DNA of 64,000 nucleotides from an uncultured Burkholderiales bacterium (GCA_903905475.1 CAIVGK010000009.1:538-64537); one strand, 5' to 3'. Numbered from the stretch's first letter, positions 30,304-44,610 are shown. Made by a program: numbers and translations. The notes: a model not told the origin generated them from the sequence alone.

Positions 30304-31071
30304 ATGAAAAAACTCATCTGCTCACTGCTGATTTCGATGTTCGGTTTGTCGGCTGCCCACGCATCGTCTGGGGGCATGGCTTGGGACAAGTTTCCCGTGG
30401 ACAAGTCGACGGATGTCGTCGCGCTTCAAAGCGGGGCTGCGACTTTCGTCAACTACTGCCTGAACTGTCACAACGCGGCTTTCATGCGCTACAACCGCCT
30501 TCGCGACATTGATCTGACAGAAGCGCAGATCAAGGGCAACTTGATGTTTGCCACCGACAAGGTCGGCGACACGATGAAGGTCTCCTTTGATCCCAAGAAT
30601 GCCAAGGATTGGCTCGGTGTCACGCCTCCGGATTTGACGCTCATTGCGCGGTCTCGCGCCTCGTCGCAGGGTACCGGTGCCGATTACCTTTACACGTTCT
30701 TGCGCACGTACTACCGCGACGAGACCAAGCCGACGGGTTGGAACAATCTGGCCTACCCTAATGCCGCCATGCCTCACGTGCTTTGGGAGTGGCAGGGCCA
30801 ACGGGTTGCCAAGTTCGTCGAAGAAAAGGATCCCCACGACGCATCCAAGGCAGTCCACCGTTTCGCCGGCTTCGAAACACTGACCAAAGGCACTCAATCC
30901 CAAGGTGAGTTCGACGAGTCGGTCGCCAACTTGGTGGCCTACCTGAACTGGATGGGTGAGCCAGCGCAGGCCGCGCGCACACGCCTCGGGGTGTGGGTGT
31001 TGCTGTTCCTGTCCGTCTTCACCGTGATGGCCTGGCGCCTCAACGCTGCTTTCTGGAAAGACATCAAGTGA
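30304..31071 (+). CDS. petC: Cytochrome c1
   Basis: A signal peptide (MKKLICSLLISMFGLSAAHA), the heme motif CLNCHN and a C-terminal TM anchor are present. Confidence 0.9.
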   Translation: MKKLICSLLISMFGLSAAHASSGGMAWDKFPVDKSTDVVALQSGAATFVNYCLNCHNAAFMRYNRLRDIDLTEAQIKGNLMFATDKVGDTMKVSFDPKNAKDWLGVTPPDLTLIARSRASSQGTGADYLYTFLRTYYRDETKPTGWNNLAYPNAAMPHVLWEWQGQRVAKFVEEKDPHDASKAVHRFAGFETLTKGTQSQGEFDESVANLVAYLNWMGEPAQAARTRLGVWVLLFLSVFTVMAWRLNAAFWKDIK

Positions 31072-31114
31072 TTTTTCGCCCGTCCGGTTCCCCGCGGGGG
31101 AGCCGGGCCACCGC

Positions 31115-31157
31115 GCAGTGGGCCGCCCTGTTCAGGGTCTCCACTGCGTTTTTGTTT
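31115..31157 (+). terminator. Intrinsic terminator after petABC
   Basis: The stem gcagtgg...ccactgc has inner ccct/aggg pairing. It is followed by gtttttgttt. Confidence 0.6.
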
Positions 31158-31183
31158 GCTGATCCCATTAGGAGCTCGCCCAC

Positions 31184-31795
31184 ATGATGGTGCTCTACTC
31201 CGGCACGACCTGCCCTTATTCCCACCGTTGCAGATTCGTGTTGTTTGAAAAAGGCATGGATTTCGAGATCCGTGACGTCGACTTGTTCGCCAAGCCGGAA
31301 GACATCGCGCTGATGAACCCCTACAACGAGGTGCCGATCCTCGTCGAGCGCGATCTGATCTTGTACGAGTCGCACATCATCAACGAGTACATCGATGAGC
31401 GCTTCCCACATCCGCAGTTGATGCCCGGCGATCCCGTGGCACGTGCGCGTGTCAGGCTGTTCCTGCTGAATTTCGAGAAGGAGCTGTTTGCGCACGTGAA
31501 CCTGCTCGAGTCCCGCGGCGTGAAGGCCACCGACAAGCAACTGGAAAAAGCCCGTGCTCAGATCCGCGATCGGCTGACACAGCTGGCGCCGATCTTCGTG
31601 AAGAACAAGTTCATGCTTGGCGACGACTTCTCGATGCTGGATGTGGCCATTGCACCGCTCCTGTGGCGACTGGATTACTACGGCATCGACATGTCGAAGA
31701 ACGCGGTGCCACTGCTGAAATACGCCGAGCGGATTTTTTCGCGGCCGGCCTACATCGAAGCGCTGACGCCGTCTGAAAAAGTCATGCGCAAGTGA
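31184..31795 (+). CDS. sspA: Stringent starvation protein A (GST-like)
   Basis: Contains MMVLYSGTTCPYSHRCRFVLFEKGMDFEIRDVD and ESHIINEYIDERFPHPQLMP. Confidence 0.9.
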   Translation: MMVLYSGTTCPYSHRCRFVLFEKGMDFEIRDVDLFAKPEDIALMNPYNEVPILVERDLILYESHIINEYIDERFPHPQLMPGDPVARARVRLFLLNFEKELFAHVNLLESRGVKATDKQLEKARAQIRDRLTQLAPIFVKNKFMLGDDFSMLDVAIAPLLWRLDYYGIDMSKNAVPLLKYAERIFSRPAYIEALTPSEKVMRK

Positions 31796-31832
31796 TCCGT
31801 TTGACCGCTTGTACATGTCTTGATTTGGCTGG

Positions 31833-32378
31833 ATGAAGCAAACTCCAGCGCCTCCCTCGTTGGGTCCCAACGGGACGTCAACACGCCCGTACCTCGTCCG
31901 TGCACTGCACGAATGGTGTTCGGACAACGGCTTCACGCCTTACATCGCCGTGTTCGTGGATGCGGGCGTGAAAGTGCCGATGGAGTACGTCAAGAACGGA
32001 GAGATCGTCCTGAACGTGGGTTTCGAGGCGACCACAGGGCTGGAACTGGGCAACGAGTTGATCGAGTTCAAGGCCCGATTTGGTGGCAGCTCGCGTGACA
32101 TATCGGTTCCCGTCGACCACGTGACTGCGATCTATGCTCGGGAGAATGGCCAGGGCATGGCGTTCCCCGTTCCGAGCGACGCGGCTCCTTCTGCAAAGGG
32201 CGTGGCAGAAAAGCCTGTTCTGCCCGACAAGACGGAGCGTGGTGGTGCGGTATTGAGGCTGGCCTCCGGCAGTGAGGACTCGAAATCCCAGCCGGGTGTG
32301 ACGGCGTCACCCGACGACGAGCCGCCCCCAGAGCACTCGCCGCCAGCCGGTCGACCCTCCTTGAAGCGGGTCAAGTAA
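31833..32378 (+). CDS. sspB: ClpXP specificity-enhancing factor SspB
   Basis: Contains RPYLVRALHEWCSDNGFTPYIAV and ends with the C-terminal tail PSLKRVK. Confidence 0.9.
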   Translation: MKQTPAPPSLGPNGTSTRPYLVRALHEWCSDNGFTPYIAVFVDAGVKVPMEYVKNGEIVLNVGFEATTGLELGNELIEFKARFGGSSRDISVPVDHVTAIYARENGQGMAFPVPSDAAPSAKGVAEKPVLPDKTERGGAVLRLASGSEDSKSQPGVTASPDDEPPPEHSPPAGRPSLKRVK

Positions 32379-32421
32379 ATCGAGCTGTCGGGACCAGCCC
32401 AAGAACTAGAATTTTTCAAAA

Positions 32422-32497
32422 GCCCTTGTAGCTCAGTTGGTAGAGCAGCGGTTTTGTAAACCGAAGGTCGCGGGTTCGATTCCTGCCGGGGGCACCA
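32422..32497 (+). tRNA. tRNA-Thr (anticodon UGU)
   Basis: The 76-nt cloverleaf was folded by hand. Acceptor stem is GCCCTTG/CGGGGGC, D arm GCTC-AGTTGGTA-GAGC, anticodon loop TTTGTAA and T arm GCGGG-TTCGATT-CCTGC. The CCA end is encoded. Confidence 0.9.
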
Positions 32498-32530
32498 CAC
32501 CAAACCAAGCGTGCGTGCGACGCTAAGAAC

Positions 32531-33256
32531 ATGACCACACCGGATAAGTCGACCGTGGGCGATGGCATCGCCGCTGCAAATGCTGGCTGGACGTTCGGCA
32601 ATGACGTGGCCCGGACGTTTTCAAGCCATGTCAGCAAGTCCGTGCCCCTTTATCAAGAGGGCCACGACCTCATCTGCGCTTTGTCGGACTTCTACGTGCA
32701 GGACACCTCGGTTTGTTACGAGCTGGGCAGTTCTACCGGAATTCTCAGCAGCAAGCTGGCGCGCCGCCACGCGACCAAGAAGGCGCGCTTCATCGGGATC
32801 GAGACGATCCCGGAGATGGTCGCCCAGGCGCGCGAGGAGTCGGGCCCGCTCCAGAATCTGGAGTTTGTTCAGGACGACATCAACCTGTATCAGTACGAGC
32901 CAGCCGACCTGATCGTGTCTTTTTGCACCATTCAGTTCGTTCCGCCTCACCTGCGACAGGCTCTTTTCGACAAGCTTTATCAAAGCCTCAACTGGGGCGG
33001 GGCCTTGTTGATTTACGAGAAGGTCAGAGCGCCAGATGCGCGCTTCCAGGACCAGATGAGCGCGATCTACACCGACTACAAACTCGAGCGTGGTTACTCT
33101 CCGGAGGAGATCATCGCCAAGGCGAGAAGCCTCAAGCGTGTGCAGGAGCCGTTTTCAACCCAGGGCTACATCGACCTCTACAAGCGCGCGGGCTTTGTGG
33201 ACATCATGAGCGTGATCAAGTGGGTGTGCTTCGAGGGCTTTTTGGCCGTCAAGTGA
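32531..33256 (+). CDS. CmoA-family SAM-dependent methyltransferase (carboxy-SAM synthase-like)
   Basis: It aligns by eye with E. coli CmoA. Matching segments are WTFGNDVARTFSSHVSKSVPLY, SFCTIQFVPPHLRQALFDKLYQSLNWGGALLIYEK and RGYSPEEIIAKARSLK...YKRAGF. Confidence 0.75.
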   Translation: MTTPDKSTVGDGIAAANAGWTFGNDVARTFSSHVSKSVPLYQEGHDLICALSDFYVQDTSVCYELGSSTGILSSKLARRHATKKARFIGIETIPEMVAQAREESGPLQNLEFVQDDINLYQYEPADLIVSFCTIQFVPPHLRQALFDKLYQSLNWGGALLIYEKVRAPDARFQDQMSAIYTDYKLERGYSPEEIIAKARSLKRVQEPFSTQGYIDLYKRAGFVDIMSVIKWVCFEGFLAVK

Positions 33257-33259
33257 GGC

Positions 33260-33278
33260 GGGCACGTTCAACGTGCCC
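33260..33278. terminator. Perfect 7-bp hairpin between convergent genes (possible bidirectional terminator)
   Basis: The sequence is gggcacg-ttcaa-cgtgccc. There is no U-tract on either side. Confidence 0.35.
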
Positions 33279-33289
33279 AGGCCATGGAC

Positions 33290-34007
33290 TCAGCCCTTGA
33301 CGTAGCCGCTTTTCTTGAGCGCGCGAACGCCGAGGTAAAGAGTCACCCAGGCCACGAAGATTTCGCCAATCGCAAGCCCTGAGGGCAGTTCGCTCGCGCC
33401 ACCCGCGCTGAACTGGCTCCACCAGTAAAGGGCGAGCATGGCCGCCAGCAGCGTGAAGGTGGTGTTGTATTCCTTGACCAGCACGCGTTTCCAGTTGAAC
33501 CGCATGCCTGCGGTGGACTCACCAAAACCCGAGAGGCGTGGAAGCCAGCGCCGAACCCGCTGCATGTAGTCGGCGTACTCCCCCCCAAACTTTCCGAGCA
33601 GGTAGGACTCCTCCGCTGCAACGATGCAGGCGTAGGTGACCAAGATCGCGGGGATCACGATCAGGATGAATGCGTAGGAGTGGACGATCAGCGCCAGCCC
33701 GACCGCCATGAGAATATTGCCCACATACAGGGGATTCCGGGAGTGAGCGAACATGCCACCTTGCACCAGATTGCTGGCATAAGGCCTGCTTGTTCTTTCC
33801 GCCCCGAACGATGTACTCGTAGCCGATCGTCACCATGCGCAGCAACTGACCCAACACCGCGATCAACACGCCCGCTGCCACAAAAGCGCCGCCCCACTGC
33901 GGAGCGATCACCGCATACCCCGGCAGGCTGAGCGCCATCGCGACCAGAAACAGCACGGGCCCCAGCACGTTGCGGTAGCGAAATAGGAACTGGCCGATTT
34001 GGGTCAT
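33290..34007 (-). pseudogene. ICMT/PEMT-family membrane methyltransferase, disrupted by a frameshift
   Basis: The N-terminal frame (ORF 33519..34007) reads ...IVRGGKNKQ. The family motif YASNLVQGGMFAHSRNPLYVGN continues in the frame of ORF 33290..33766. The frame change lies at about 33782-33785, where 4 nt (gcct) sit where 3 are expected. Confidence 0.7.
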
Positions 34008-34093
34008 CGAGTTTTCAGGCTAGAGCACCGGAACGGCACGGGTTATCAGCGAGCTTCGATTGTGGCTCATGGGTCGGACGGCCCGTTCGCCGG

Positions 34094-34408
34094 TCAACCC
34101 GAACGCGCCTTGATGCGCACCCCGGCCTTGGCGTAACCCTGATCGGCCAGCCGGGCTTCAATCGCTGGCTGAAGGTGGCGCAGTTTGGCCGCCACGCTGG
34201 CATTGGCCGCAAAGAGCGTCCATCCCTCATCGTCGATCGGGCCGGGTGCCACGTGCGGCTTGAGCAAGTCGGGCAGGCAGGACTGGATCGCGGCAAACCG
34301 CCTCGATGAGTCTTTCAACCGCTGGCGCAGCAAAGCAAGCGGCGCGCTTCGATCGATGGCGTCCGCGAGCGCCAGGGCGTTGGGAACCATGGGGGCGGTT
34401 TTGCTCAT
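34094..34408 (-). CDS. DUF721 (DciA-like) protein
   Basis: A small basic protein divergent from secA. The sequence is DUF721-like (LRQRLKDSSRRFAAIQSCLPDLL...WTLFAANASVAAKLRHLQPAI). Start taken at ATG 34408. Confidence 0.6.
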   Translation of the reverse strand: MSKTAPMVPNALALADAIDRSAPLALLRQRLKDSSRRFAAIQSCLPDLLKPHVAPGPIDDEGWTLFAANASVAAKLRHLQPAIEARLADQGYAKAGVRIKARSG

Positions 34409-34644
34409 GACGCGTCTAGTGTAGGGACAGCCCGGCACCCGCCACTGAGGCTCTCATGGCACGCCTCGCAGTCACAATGGGCGACGGCGCAACGGTAAAC
34501 TTCCCCAGCTGTAAGCCCGGCCGGGGAGTTGCCGGCGCCCACATCCCGTGCCTCGTGAGCGAGTCACGCCAAATTCACCAGGAATGCGCCTCAGTCGGAG
34601 CTCGATGCCCCGAAGGTGGCGCAATTCGAGCATCCCTTCAACGC

Positions 34645-37401
<2,757 letters not shown>

Positions 37402-37417
37402 GGATGAGGAGCCTGTC

Positions 37418-38659
37418 GTGCCGGTCAATCTGCAAGCGCCCATCCCCGCTGAACTGAAACCCGTGGCCGGGGTCCGCCTCGGCACCGCAATGGCCGGTGT
37501 GCGCAAGGCCAATCGCCGTGACGTGCTGGTTGTTTGCCTGGCCGAGGGGACGCAGGTGTCGGGCGTGTTCACCACCAACCGGTTTTGCGCGGCGCCGGTT
37601 CAACTGTGTCGGCAACACCTGGCCGGGACGGCTGCTGGCAAGCCGGGCATTCGGGCCCTGCTGGTGAACACCGGCAACGCCAATGCCGGAACCGGCGAAG
37701 ACGGGCTCAGGCGCGCGCAGTCAACCTGTGTCGCCCTGGCGGGGCTGCTGCATCTGGAGCCCGATCAGGTGCTGCCGTTTTCCACCGGCGTGATCATGGA
37801 AACGCTGCCCAACGAGCGCGTCGAGGCCGCACTGGGCGCCGCGCTGGCTGATTTGGATGGCGGCCACTGGGCCACCGCCGCCGAAGCCATCATGACCACC
37901 GACACGTTGCCCAAGGCGGCCTCGATGCAGGTGCAAATCGGTGGCAAGACGGTCACCGTGACTGGCATCAGCAAGGGCGCCGGCATGATCCGGCCCAACA
38001 TGGCCACGATGCTCGGCTTCGTGGCCACCGATGCCGTGCTGGCGCCGGGCTTGCTGGACACGCTGGTGCGTGACGCGGCCGACCGATCTTTCAACCGCAT
38101 CTCGATCGACGGCGACACGTCGACCAACGACTCGTTCATCCTGATCGCCACGCAGCAAGCGGGGCACGCGCCCATCGAGCGGCTCGACAGCGCCGAGGGC
38201 GCCGTGTTGCGCGATGCGGTGGTCGCGGTATCGACCCGGCTCGCGCAGGCCATCGTGCGTGACGGCGAAGGCGCCACCAAGTTCATCACCGTGCAGATCG
38301 ATGGCGGCAGCACGGAGGTCGAATGCCGTCTGGCAGCCTACGCCATCGCGCATTCGCCGCTGGTCAAGACGGCGTTTTTTGCCAGCGACCCGAACCTGGG
38401 ACGCATCTTGGCCGCGGTTGGCTATGCGGGCATTGCCGATCTCGATCAGACGCTCATCGACCTGCACCTCGACGATGTGCACGTGGTGCGCCAGGGTGGT
38501 CGCCACCCGGACTACCGCGAAGAAGACGGGCAGCGCGTGATGAAGCAAAGCGAGATCGCGGTGCGGGTCAACCTGAACCGTGGCGCCGCCAGCGCGACCG
38601 TGTGGACCTGCGACCTCAGCGTCGACTACGTCAAGATCAACGCCGATTACCGCAGCTGA
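37418..38659 (+). CDS. argJ: Bifunctional glutamate N-acetyltransferase / amino-acid acetyltransferase
   Basis: Contains [10 protein letters not shown] and the autoprocessing region [17 protein letters not shown] start at 37418 is preceded by gaggatgaggag. Confidence 0.9.
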   Translation: MPVNLQAPIPAELKPVAGVRLGTAMAGVRKANRRDVLVVCLAEGTQVSGVFTTNRFCAAPVQLCRQHLAGTAAGKPGIRALLVNTGNANAGTGEDGLRRAQSTCVALAGLLHLEPDQVLPFSTGVIMETLPNERVEAALGAALADLDGGHWATAAEAIMTTDTLPKAASMQVQIGGKTVTVTGISKGAGMIRPNMATMLGFVATDAVLAPGLLDTLVRDAADRSFNRISIDGDTSTNDSFILIATQQAGHAPIERLDSAEGAVLRDAVVAVSTRLAQAIVRDGEGATKFITVQIDGGSTEVECRLAAYAIAHSPLVKTAFFASDPNLGRILAAVGYAGIADLDQTLIDLHLDDVHVVRQGGRHPDYREEDGQRVMKQSEIAVRVNLNRGAASATVWTCDLSVDYVKINADYRS

Positions 38660-39468
38660 GAGCCTTGCGTCCCCTCGACGCGGTCGATGGCGTCGGTGAT
38701 CAGTCCATCAACGCCCCACCGCAGGAGTTGCTCCGCCACAACCGAGTCGTTGACGGTGTAGCCCATGACGAACAGGCCCGCCGCGTGAAGCCGTTTGACC
38801 CCTGTGGCGTCCAGCAGTGGGTGATCCATCACCACTGCGCAGCAGCCCAGCGCTTGGGCCTGCTCCAACCACCCGGGCACCCGTTCGTCGAGCAACAGCG
38901 CCCGTGGCAAGTGGGGCGCAGCGGCGCGAGCGGCTTCCAGCGCCGAGACCGAAAACGAACTCAGCAGCGGCGCCCGTGGCTGCCCCCGCCACAGCCGGGC
39001 CGCCTCGGAGGCCACGCAGGCACCCGTGCGCGCCTCATGGCCCGGTGTGGGCTTGATCTCGATGTTCAGGTCCGAACCGGTCTCGAAGCAAAAGCGCGCA
39101 ATCTCGGACAAGCTCGGAACCGGCTCGCCAGCGTGCACGGGGCTGTGCCACCCGCCGGCATCAAGCTGCGAGAGTTCAGCCCAGGTCTTTTCTTCGGCAA
39201 TGCCGGGCTCACCGGTGGTGCGCTTGAGTTCGGTGTCGTGCATGAGGAAGGCCACGCCGTCGGAGCTGATCTTGACGTCGCACTCAAAGGCATTGAATCC
39301 ATGCTGCGCGCCCAGAAGGAACGCCGCCAAGGTGTTTTCTGGGGCCATGCGGCCCGCGCCGCGGTGCGCCCACCAGCGGGGATATGGCCACGCGGCTGGG
39401 TCGGGGTTGGCATCGACGGGTGTTTGTGGAGTCATCGTCCGGTGTGCCTGGGGGTGGGTGGGCGTCAC
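38647..39468 (-). CDS. Glycerophosphodiester phosphodiesterase
   Basis: Contains [18 protein letters not shown] and [17 protein letters not shown]. An alternative start is ATG 39435. Confidence 0.85.
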   Translation of the reverse strand: MTPTHPQAHRTMTPQTPVDANPDPAAWPYPRWWAHRGAGRMAPENTLAAFLLGAQHGFNAFECDVKISSDGVAFLMHDTELKRTTGEPGIAEEKTWAELSQLDAGGWHSPVHAGEPVPSLSEIARFCFETGSDLNIEIKPTPGHEARTGACVASEAARLWRGQPRAPLLSSFSVSALEAARAAAPHLPRALLLDERVPGWLEQAQALGCCAVVMDHPLLDATGVKRLHAAGLFVMGYTVNDSVVAEQLLRWGVDGLITDAIDRVEGTQGSQLR

Positions 39469-39631
39469 AGTGAAACCCCGTGGCGCTTTCGCAAGAGACC
39501 CTAGAGACTGGGCTGCGAGAACTTACCGTGTATTTTCCGTGCTGCAATAACGCCAACCCCGCATTGCTTGCGTGCGGTTTCTCCTCTGATTTCGCTGCTC
39601 GCCTTCAGGGCAGTGGCCACGGCTCTTACCC

Positions 39632-42600
39632 ATGAACGCACCCACGCTCCTTACCGAACTGGCAGCCGCCACCCTCCCTGCGCACGGCTCGGCGCGGTTG
39701 CGCGAGATTCCGTACAACTACACGTCGTTTTCCGATCGCGAGATCGTGCAGCGTCTGCTGGGTGCGCGTGCGTGGGAGTTGCTGGGGCGTTTGCGCGGTG
39801 AGCGTCAGACCGGCCGCTCGGCGCGGATGCTCTACGAGGTGCTGGGCGACATCTGGGTGGTGCAGCGCAACCCCTATTTGCAGGACGACCTGCTCGACAA
39901 CCCGCGCCGCCGCAAGCAGCTGATCGATGCCTTGCATCACCGGTTGGGCGAGGTCGAACGCCGAGTCACCACGTCGCAAGGCGATCACCATGGTGACGTC
40001 AACGAGTTGATCAAAAGCGCCAGCCTGGCGGTGCACCGGTTTGCCAAGCAGTTCGACGAGGTGGCTCGTCTGCGTCGAAGCGCCAGCAAGTTGCTCAACC
40101 GCTGCACCGCGTCTGACAACGTCAAGTTCGATGCCTTGTCGCGCGTGTCGCATGTGACCGACGCCACCGACTGGCGAGTCGAATACCCGTTCGTGGTGCT
40201 CACGCCAGACACCGAAAGCGAGATGGCCGCTCTGGTGAAGGGCTGCGTCGAGCTGGGGCTGACGATCATCCCGCGTGGCGGCGGTACCGGGTACACCGGC
40301 GGCGCGATTCCGCTGATCTGGAACAGCGCGGTCATCAACACCGAAAAGCTCGAGGCGATGACCGAGGTCGAGATGCGCCGCCTGCCGGGACTGGACCGCG
40401 AGGTCGCCACGGTGTGGACCGAAGCCGGCGTTGTCACCCAGCGCGTGGCCGATGCCGCCGAGCGAGGCGGATTTGTCTTTGCCGTCGACCCGACCTCGGC
40501 CGAGGCCTGCTGCATCGGCGGCAACATCGCGATGAACGCCGGCGGCAAGAAGGCCGTGCTGTGGGGCACGGCGCTCGACAACCTGGCCTCTTGGCGCATG
40601 GTCACGCCCGAGGCCAAGTGGCTCGAGGTCACGCGCTTGAACCACAACCTTGGCAAGATCCACGACGTGGCCGTGGCCAGCTTCGAGCTGAAGTACTTCG
40701 ACGCCAGCGGCAAGACCCTGGAGCGCACCGAGCGGCTCGACATTCCGGGCAGCACCTTCCGCAAGGAGGGCCTCGGCAAGGACGTGACCGACAAGTTCCT
40801 GGCTGGCCTGCCAGGCATTCAGAAAGAGGGCTGCGATGGCCTGATCACCAGCGCGCGCTGGATCGTGCACAAGATGCCGGCGCACGTGCGCACGGTGTGC
40901 CTCGAGTTCTTTGGCAACGCCAAGGATGCGGTGCCCAGCATTGTCGAGATCAAGGACTACATGTTCGCGCAGGCCAAGGCTGGCGGTGCGGTGCTGGCAG
41001 GCCTGGAGCACCTCGACGACCGCTACCTGAAGGCCGTGGGTTACGCCACCAAGAGCAAGCGCGCGCATGCCGCTGGCAACGCCTCTGGCCTGCCGAAGAT
41101 GGTGCTGTTCGGTGACATCGCCGGCGACGATGCGGACGTGGTGGCGCGCGCCACCAGCGAGGTGATCCGCATCGCCAACAGCCGCGCGGGCGAGGGTTTT
41201 GTGGCGGTGAGCCCCGAGGCGCGCAAGAAATTCTGGCTCGATCGCAAACGCACTGCGGCCATCAGCAAGCACACCAATGCGTTCAAGGTGAACGAGGATG
41301 TGGTGATCCCTCTGCCACGCATGGGCGAGTACACGGAGGGCATTGAGCGCATCAACATCGAGCTGAGTCTGCGCAACAAGCTGGCGCTGCTCGATGCACT
41401 GGAAACGTTCTTCCTCAAGGGATCGCTCCCCCTGGGCAAGACCGACGATGCGGTGGAAATCGCGTCGGCCGAGTTGCTGGAAGACAGCGTGGCGCAAGCC
41501 TTGGCGCTGATCGGGGGGGTACGCGCGCTGTGGCAGCGATGGCTGTCGCACCTCGACACGCCGTCAGCACAGCGACTCGTGGCTGACGACAGTGCCTCGG
41601 CGTCCGGTTCGCAGGACGAGCGAACCTATTTCGCGCAGCTGCAGGATCGCACCCTGCGCGCATCGTGGAAATTGCAGGTCCGCGCGCCGCTGCAGTCGAT
41701 CTTCTCGGGGGCATCGTTGTCGCCGATCCTCGAGGCTTGCCAGAAGATCCACGCCGAGGTGTTGCACGGGCGGGTCTGGATCGCGCTGCACATGCACGCG
41801 GGTGATGGCAACGTGCACACCAACATCCCGGTCAACAGCGACGACTACGACATGCTGCAAACCGCGCATGAGGCCGTCGCTCGCATCATGGGCCTGGCGC
41901 GCCGGCTCGATGGCGTGATTTCCGGCGAGCATGGCATCGGCATCACCAAGCTCGAGTTCGTCACCGACGACGAGCTGGCCGACTTCGCGGCCTACAAGCA
42001 GCGCATCGATCCCGAGGGGCGTTTCAACAAGGGCAAGTTGTTGCGCCCCGGCGCCGCCCATGCCGCTGGCGAGGGGGCTTCAACCGAGCTGCGTGCGTCT
42101 GATCTGAGCCAGGCCTACACGCCGAGCTTCGGGCTGATGGGGCATGAGTCGCTCATCATGCAGCAAAGCGACATCGGCGCGATCGCCGACAGCATCAAGG
42201 ACTGCATGCGCTGCGGCAAGTGCAAGCCGGTGTGCGCCACCCATGTGCCGCGCGCCAATCTGCTGTACAGCCCACGCAACAAGATCCTCGCGACGTCGCT
42301 GCTCGTCGAAGCGTTCCTCTATGAAGAGCAGACGCGCCGCGGCGTGAGCCTGAAGCACTGGGAAGAGTTCGAAGACGTCGCGGACCACTGCACCGTGTGC
42401 CACAAGTGCGCGAGCCCATGCCCGGTGAAGATCGACTTCGGCGAGGTGTCGATGAACATGCGCAACCTGTTGCGCAAGATGGGCCAGAAGAGCTTCCGGC
42501 CGGGCAACGCCCTGTCGATGGCGTTCCTCAACGCCACCAGCCCCGACAAGATCAACCTGATGCGCAGCGCCATGGTCGGCGTGGGCTTCAAGGCGCAGCG

Positions 42601-43669
42601 GCTGGCCCATGACCTGCTGGGTCGGCTGGCGCGAAAGCAGACCGCTGCGCCTCGGGCCACCGTGGGCACCGCGCCCATCAAGGAACAGGTGATCCACTTC
42701 ATCAACAAGAAGTTGCCGGGTGGGTTGCCCAAAAAGACCGCGCGCGCCTTGCTCGACATTGAGGACAAGGATTACGTTCCGATCATCCGCAACCCGGCCA
42801 CCACCACGGCCGACACCGAGGCGGTGTTCTATTTCCCGGGCTGCGGCTCAGAGAGGCTGTTCTCGCAAGTGGGTCTGGCCACGCAGGCCATGCTGTGGCA
42901 CGCTGGAGTGCAAACGGTCTTGCCACCGGGCTACTTGTGCTGTGGCTATCCGCAGCGCGGCAGCGGGCAGTTCGACAAGGCCGACAAGATCATCACCGAC
43001 AACCGGGTCTTGTTCCACCGCGTGGCCAACACGCTGAACTACCTGGACATCAAGACGGTGGTGGTCAGTTGCGGCACCTGCTACGACCAGCTGCAGGGTT
43101 ATCAGTTCGACAAGATCTTCCCGGGCTGCCGAATCATCGACATCCACGAGTACCTGCTCGAAAAGAACATCACGCTGCAGGGGCAGGGCGGCTACCTGTA
43201 CCACGACCCCTGCCACAGCCCGATGAAGCTGCAAGAGCCGATGAAGACGGTCAAGGCGCTGGTGGGTGGCAGTCACCCCGAGGCGGTTCTCGAAAGCAAG
43301 CGCTGCTGCGGTGAAGCCGGCACGCTGGGCGTGACCCGTCCGGACATCTCGACGCAGATTCGCTTCCGCAAGGAAGAAGAGCTGAAGAAAGACGAGCAGG
43401 CCCTGCGGCGGATCACGGCAGGGTTGGTGCCGGATCGTGAGGGCGTTGCAGCCGTCGCGCCCTCCGCGGAAAAGGGCAACCTGAAGATCCTCACCTCGTG
43501 CCCCAGCTGTTTGCAGGGGCTCAGCCGCTACGGCGGTGACCTGCAAAACGGGCTGCTCGAGGCCGACTACATCGTGGTCGAGATGGCAAACCAGTTGCTC
43601 GGCGCGGATTGGATGCCCGAGTACGTGGAACTTGCCAATCGGGGTGGCATCGAGCGGGTCCTGGTGTGA
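39632..43669 (+). CDS. DUF3683 / FAD-linked oxidase / 4Fe-4S / CCG-domain fusion oxidoreductase (YdiJ-like)
   Basis: The 1345-aa product has an FAD-binding PCMH region ([16 protein letters not shown]) and two ferredoxin motifs ([29 protein letters not shown]). It also has CCG motifs ([23 protein letters not shown]). Confidence 0.85.
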   Translation: MNAPTLLTELAAATLPAHGSARLREIPYNYTSFSDREIVQRLLGARAWELLGRLRGERQTGRSARMLYEVLGDIWVVQRNPYLQDDLLDNPRRRKQLIDALHHRLGEVERRVTTSQGDHHGDVNELIKSASLAVHRFAKQFDEVARLRRSASKLLNRCTASDNVKFDALSRVSHVTDATDWRVEYPFVVLTPDTESEMAALVKGCVELGLTIIPRGGGTGYTGGAIPLIWNSAVINTEKLEAMTEVEMRRLPGLDREVATVWTEAGVVTQRVADAAERGGFVFAVDPTSAEACCIGGNIAMNAGGKKAVLWGTALDNLASWRMVTPEAKWLEVTRLNHNLGKIHDVAVASFELKYFDASGKTLERTERLDIPGSTFRKEGLGKDVTDKFLAGLPGIQKEGCDGLITSARWIVHKMPAHVRTVCLEFFGNAKDAVPSIVEIKDYMFAQAKAGGAVLAGLEHLDDRYLKAVGYATKSKRAHAAGNASGLPKMVLFGDIAGDDADVVARATSEVIRIANSRAGEGFVAVSPEARKKFWLDRKRTAAISKHTNAFKVNEDVVIPLPRMGEYTEGIERINIELSLRNKLALLDALETFFLKGSLPLGKTDDAVEIASAELLEDSVAQALALIGGVRALWQRWLSHLDTPSAQRLVADDSASASGSQDERTYFAQLQDRTLRASWKLQVRAPLQSIFSGASLSPILEACQKIHAEVLHGRVWIALHMHAGDGNVHTNIPVNSDDYDMLQTAHEAVARIMGLARRLDGVISGEHGIGITKLEFVTDDELADFAAYKQRIDPEGRFNKGKLLRPGAAHAAGEGASTELRASDLSQAYTPSFGLMGHESLIMQQSDIGAIADSIKDCMRCGKCKPVCATHVPRANLLYSPRNKILATSLLVEAFLYEEQTRRGVSLKHWEEFEDVADHCTVCHKCASPCPVKIDFGEVSMNMRNLLRKMGQKSFRPGNALSMAFLNATSPDKINLMRSAMVGVGFKAQRLAHDLLGRLARKQTAAPRATVGTAPIKEQVIHFINKKLPGGLPKKTARALLDIEDKDYVPIIRNPATTTADTEAVFYFPGCGSERLFSQVGLATQAMLWHAGVQTVLPPGYLCCGYPQRGSGQFDKADKIITDNRVLFHRVANTLNYLDIKTVVVSCGTCYDQLQGYQFDKIFPGCRIIDIHEYLLEKNITLQGQGGYLYHDPCHSPMKLQEPMKTVKALVGGSHPEAVLESKRCCGEAGTLGVTRPDISTQIRFRKEEELKKDEQALRRITAGLVPDREGVAAVAPSAEKGNLKILTSCPSCLQGLSRYGGDLQNGLLEADYIVVEMANQLLGADWMPEYVELANRGGIERVLV

Positions 43670-44112
43670 GCGACCTGCAGGGCGGGTGTGCGTTGTGTCA
43701 GTCGACCGGCGGTGTGCTGGTCGCGACGGGCCCGCACTGGCGGGTGATCCGGGTCGAGGATCCCGCCTTCCCCGCGTTCTACCGGGTGGTGTGGACCGAG
43801 CATGTGGCCGAGTTCAGCTCCCTGTCGGGTTCCGCGCGTGCCGAATGCATGAGCGTGGTGTGCGCCGTCGAACAGGTGCTGCTCCGGGTGTTGCGTCCCA
43901 CCAAGGTCAATCTGGCCGCGCTGGGCAACGTCGTTCCCCACCTGCACTGGCATGTGATCGCCCGGTTCGATTGGGACAGCCACTTTCCACAGCCGATCTG
44001 GGGTGAGGCGCAGCGCCGCGTTGAGTCGGCGACTACGCGGCTGGCGGCCACGCTGCCCGAGTTGGACCACGAAGTTGCCACGGCGGTCGGTGATTTGAGC
44101 TGCGGAGACTGA
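43666..44112 (+). CDS. HIT-family protein
   Basis: The histidine triad [12 protein letters not shown] is present. The GTG start overlaps the upstream stop (GTGA). Confidence 0.8.
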   Translation: MSDLQGGCALCQSTGGVLVATGPHWRVIRVEDPAFPAFYRVVWTEHVAEFSSLSGSARAECMSVVCAVEQVLLRVLRPTKVNLAALGNVVPHLHWHVIARFDWDSHFPQPIWGEAQRRVESATTRLAATLPELDHEVATAVGDLSCGD

Positions 44113-44172
44113 CGGGATGATTCAGCCGCCTCGATACACTCGATCGAATCGAATACGCACCCGACGTCTGCC

Positions 44173-44586
44173 ATGGCCGGTCTGAGCGCTGACTCTCCAC
44201 ACCCCACGGCCCTGACCGTGCACCGGCAATCGAGAATGCTGGAAATCGGGTTTTCCGACGGCCGTGAGTTTCGGATTCCATTCGAGTTGATGCGTGTTTA
44301 TTCACCGTCGGCCGAGGTGAAGGGCCACGGCCCGGGCCAAGAGGTCCTGCAAACGGGAAAACGCGAGGTGGATGTCGTCTCGCTTGAGCCCGTAGGTAAC
44401 TACGCGGTGCAGCCGGTTTTTTCGGATGGCCACAGCACCGGCATCTTCACCTGGGACTACCTGTACTTTCTCGGCTCCCAGCAAACGCAGTTGTGGCAGC
44501 AGTATGAAGAGCGGCTGGCCGGTGCGGCTGTCGAGCGCGACGCGCGCATGCTGCCTGCGGCGGGCCCGTCTTGCAGCAGCCACTGA
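44173..44586 (+). CDS. DUF971 protein (gamma-butyrobetaine hydroxylase N-terminal-like)
   Basis: Contains LEIGFSDGREFRIPFELMRVYSPSAEV and VFSDGHSTGIFTWDYLY. Confidence 0.75.
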   Translation: MAGLSADSPHPTALTVHRQSRMLEIGFSDGREFRIPFELMRVYSPSAEVKGHGPGQEVLQTGKREVDVVSLEPVGNYAVQPVFSDGHSTGIFTWDYLYFLGSQQTQLWQQYEERLAGAAVERDARMLPAAGPSCSSH

Positions 44587-44610
44587 CTTCATTCACCTTG
44601 CGAGCGCAAT

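Noticed and set aside
32422-34100. Possible tRNA-Thr-targeted integrative island.
   Set aside because: No integrase, excisionase or other mobility gene is present. I found no direct repeat of the tRNA 3' end downstream; only a 7-nt ttcgatt match occurs near 34060. The patch is only about 1.5 kb.
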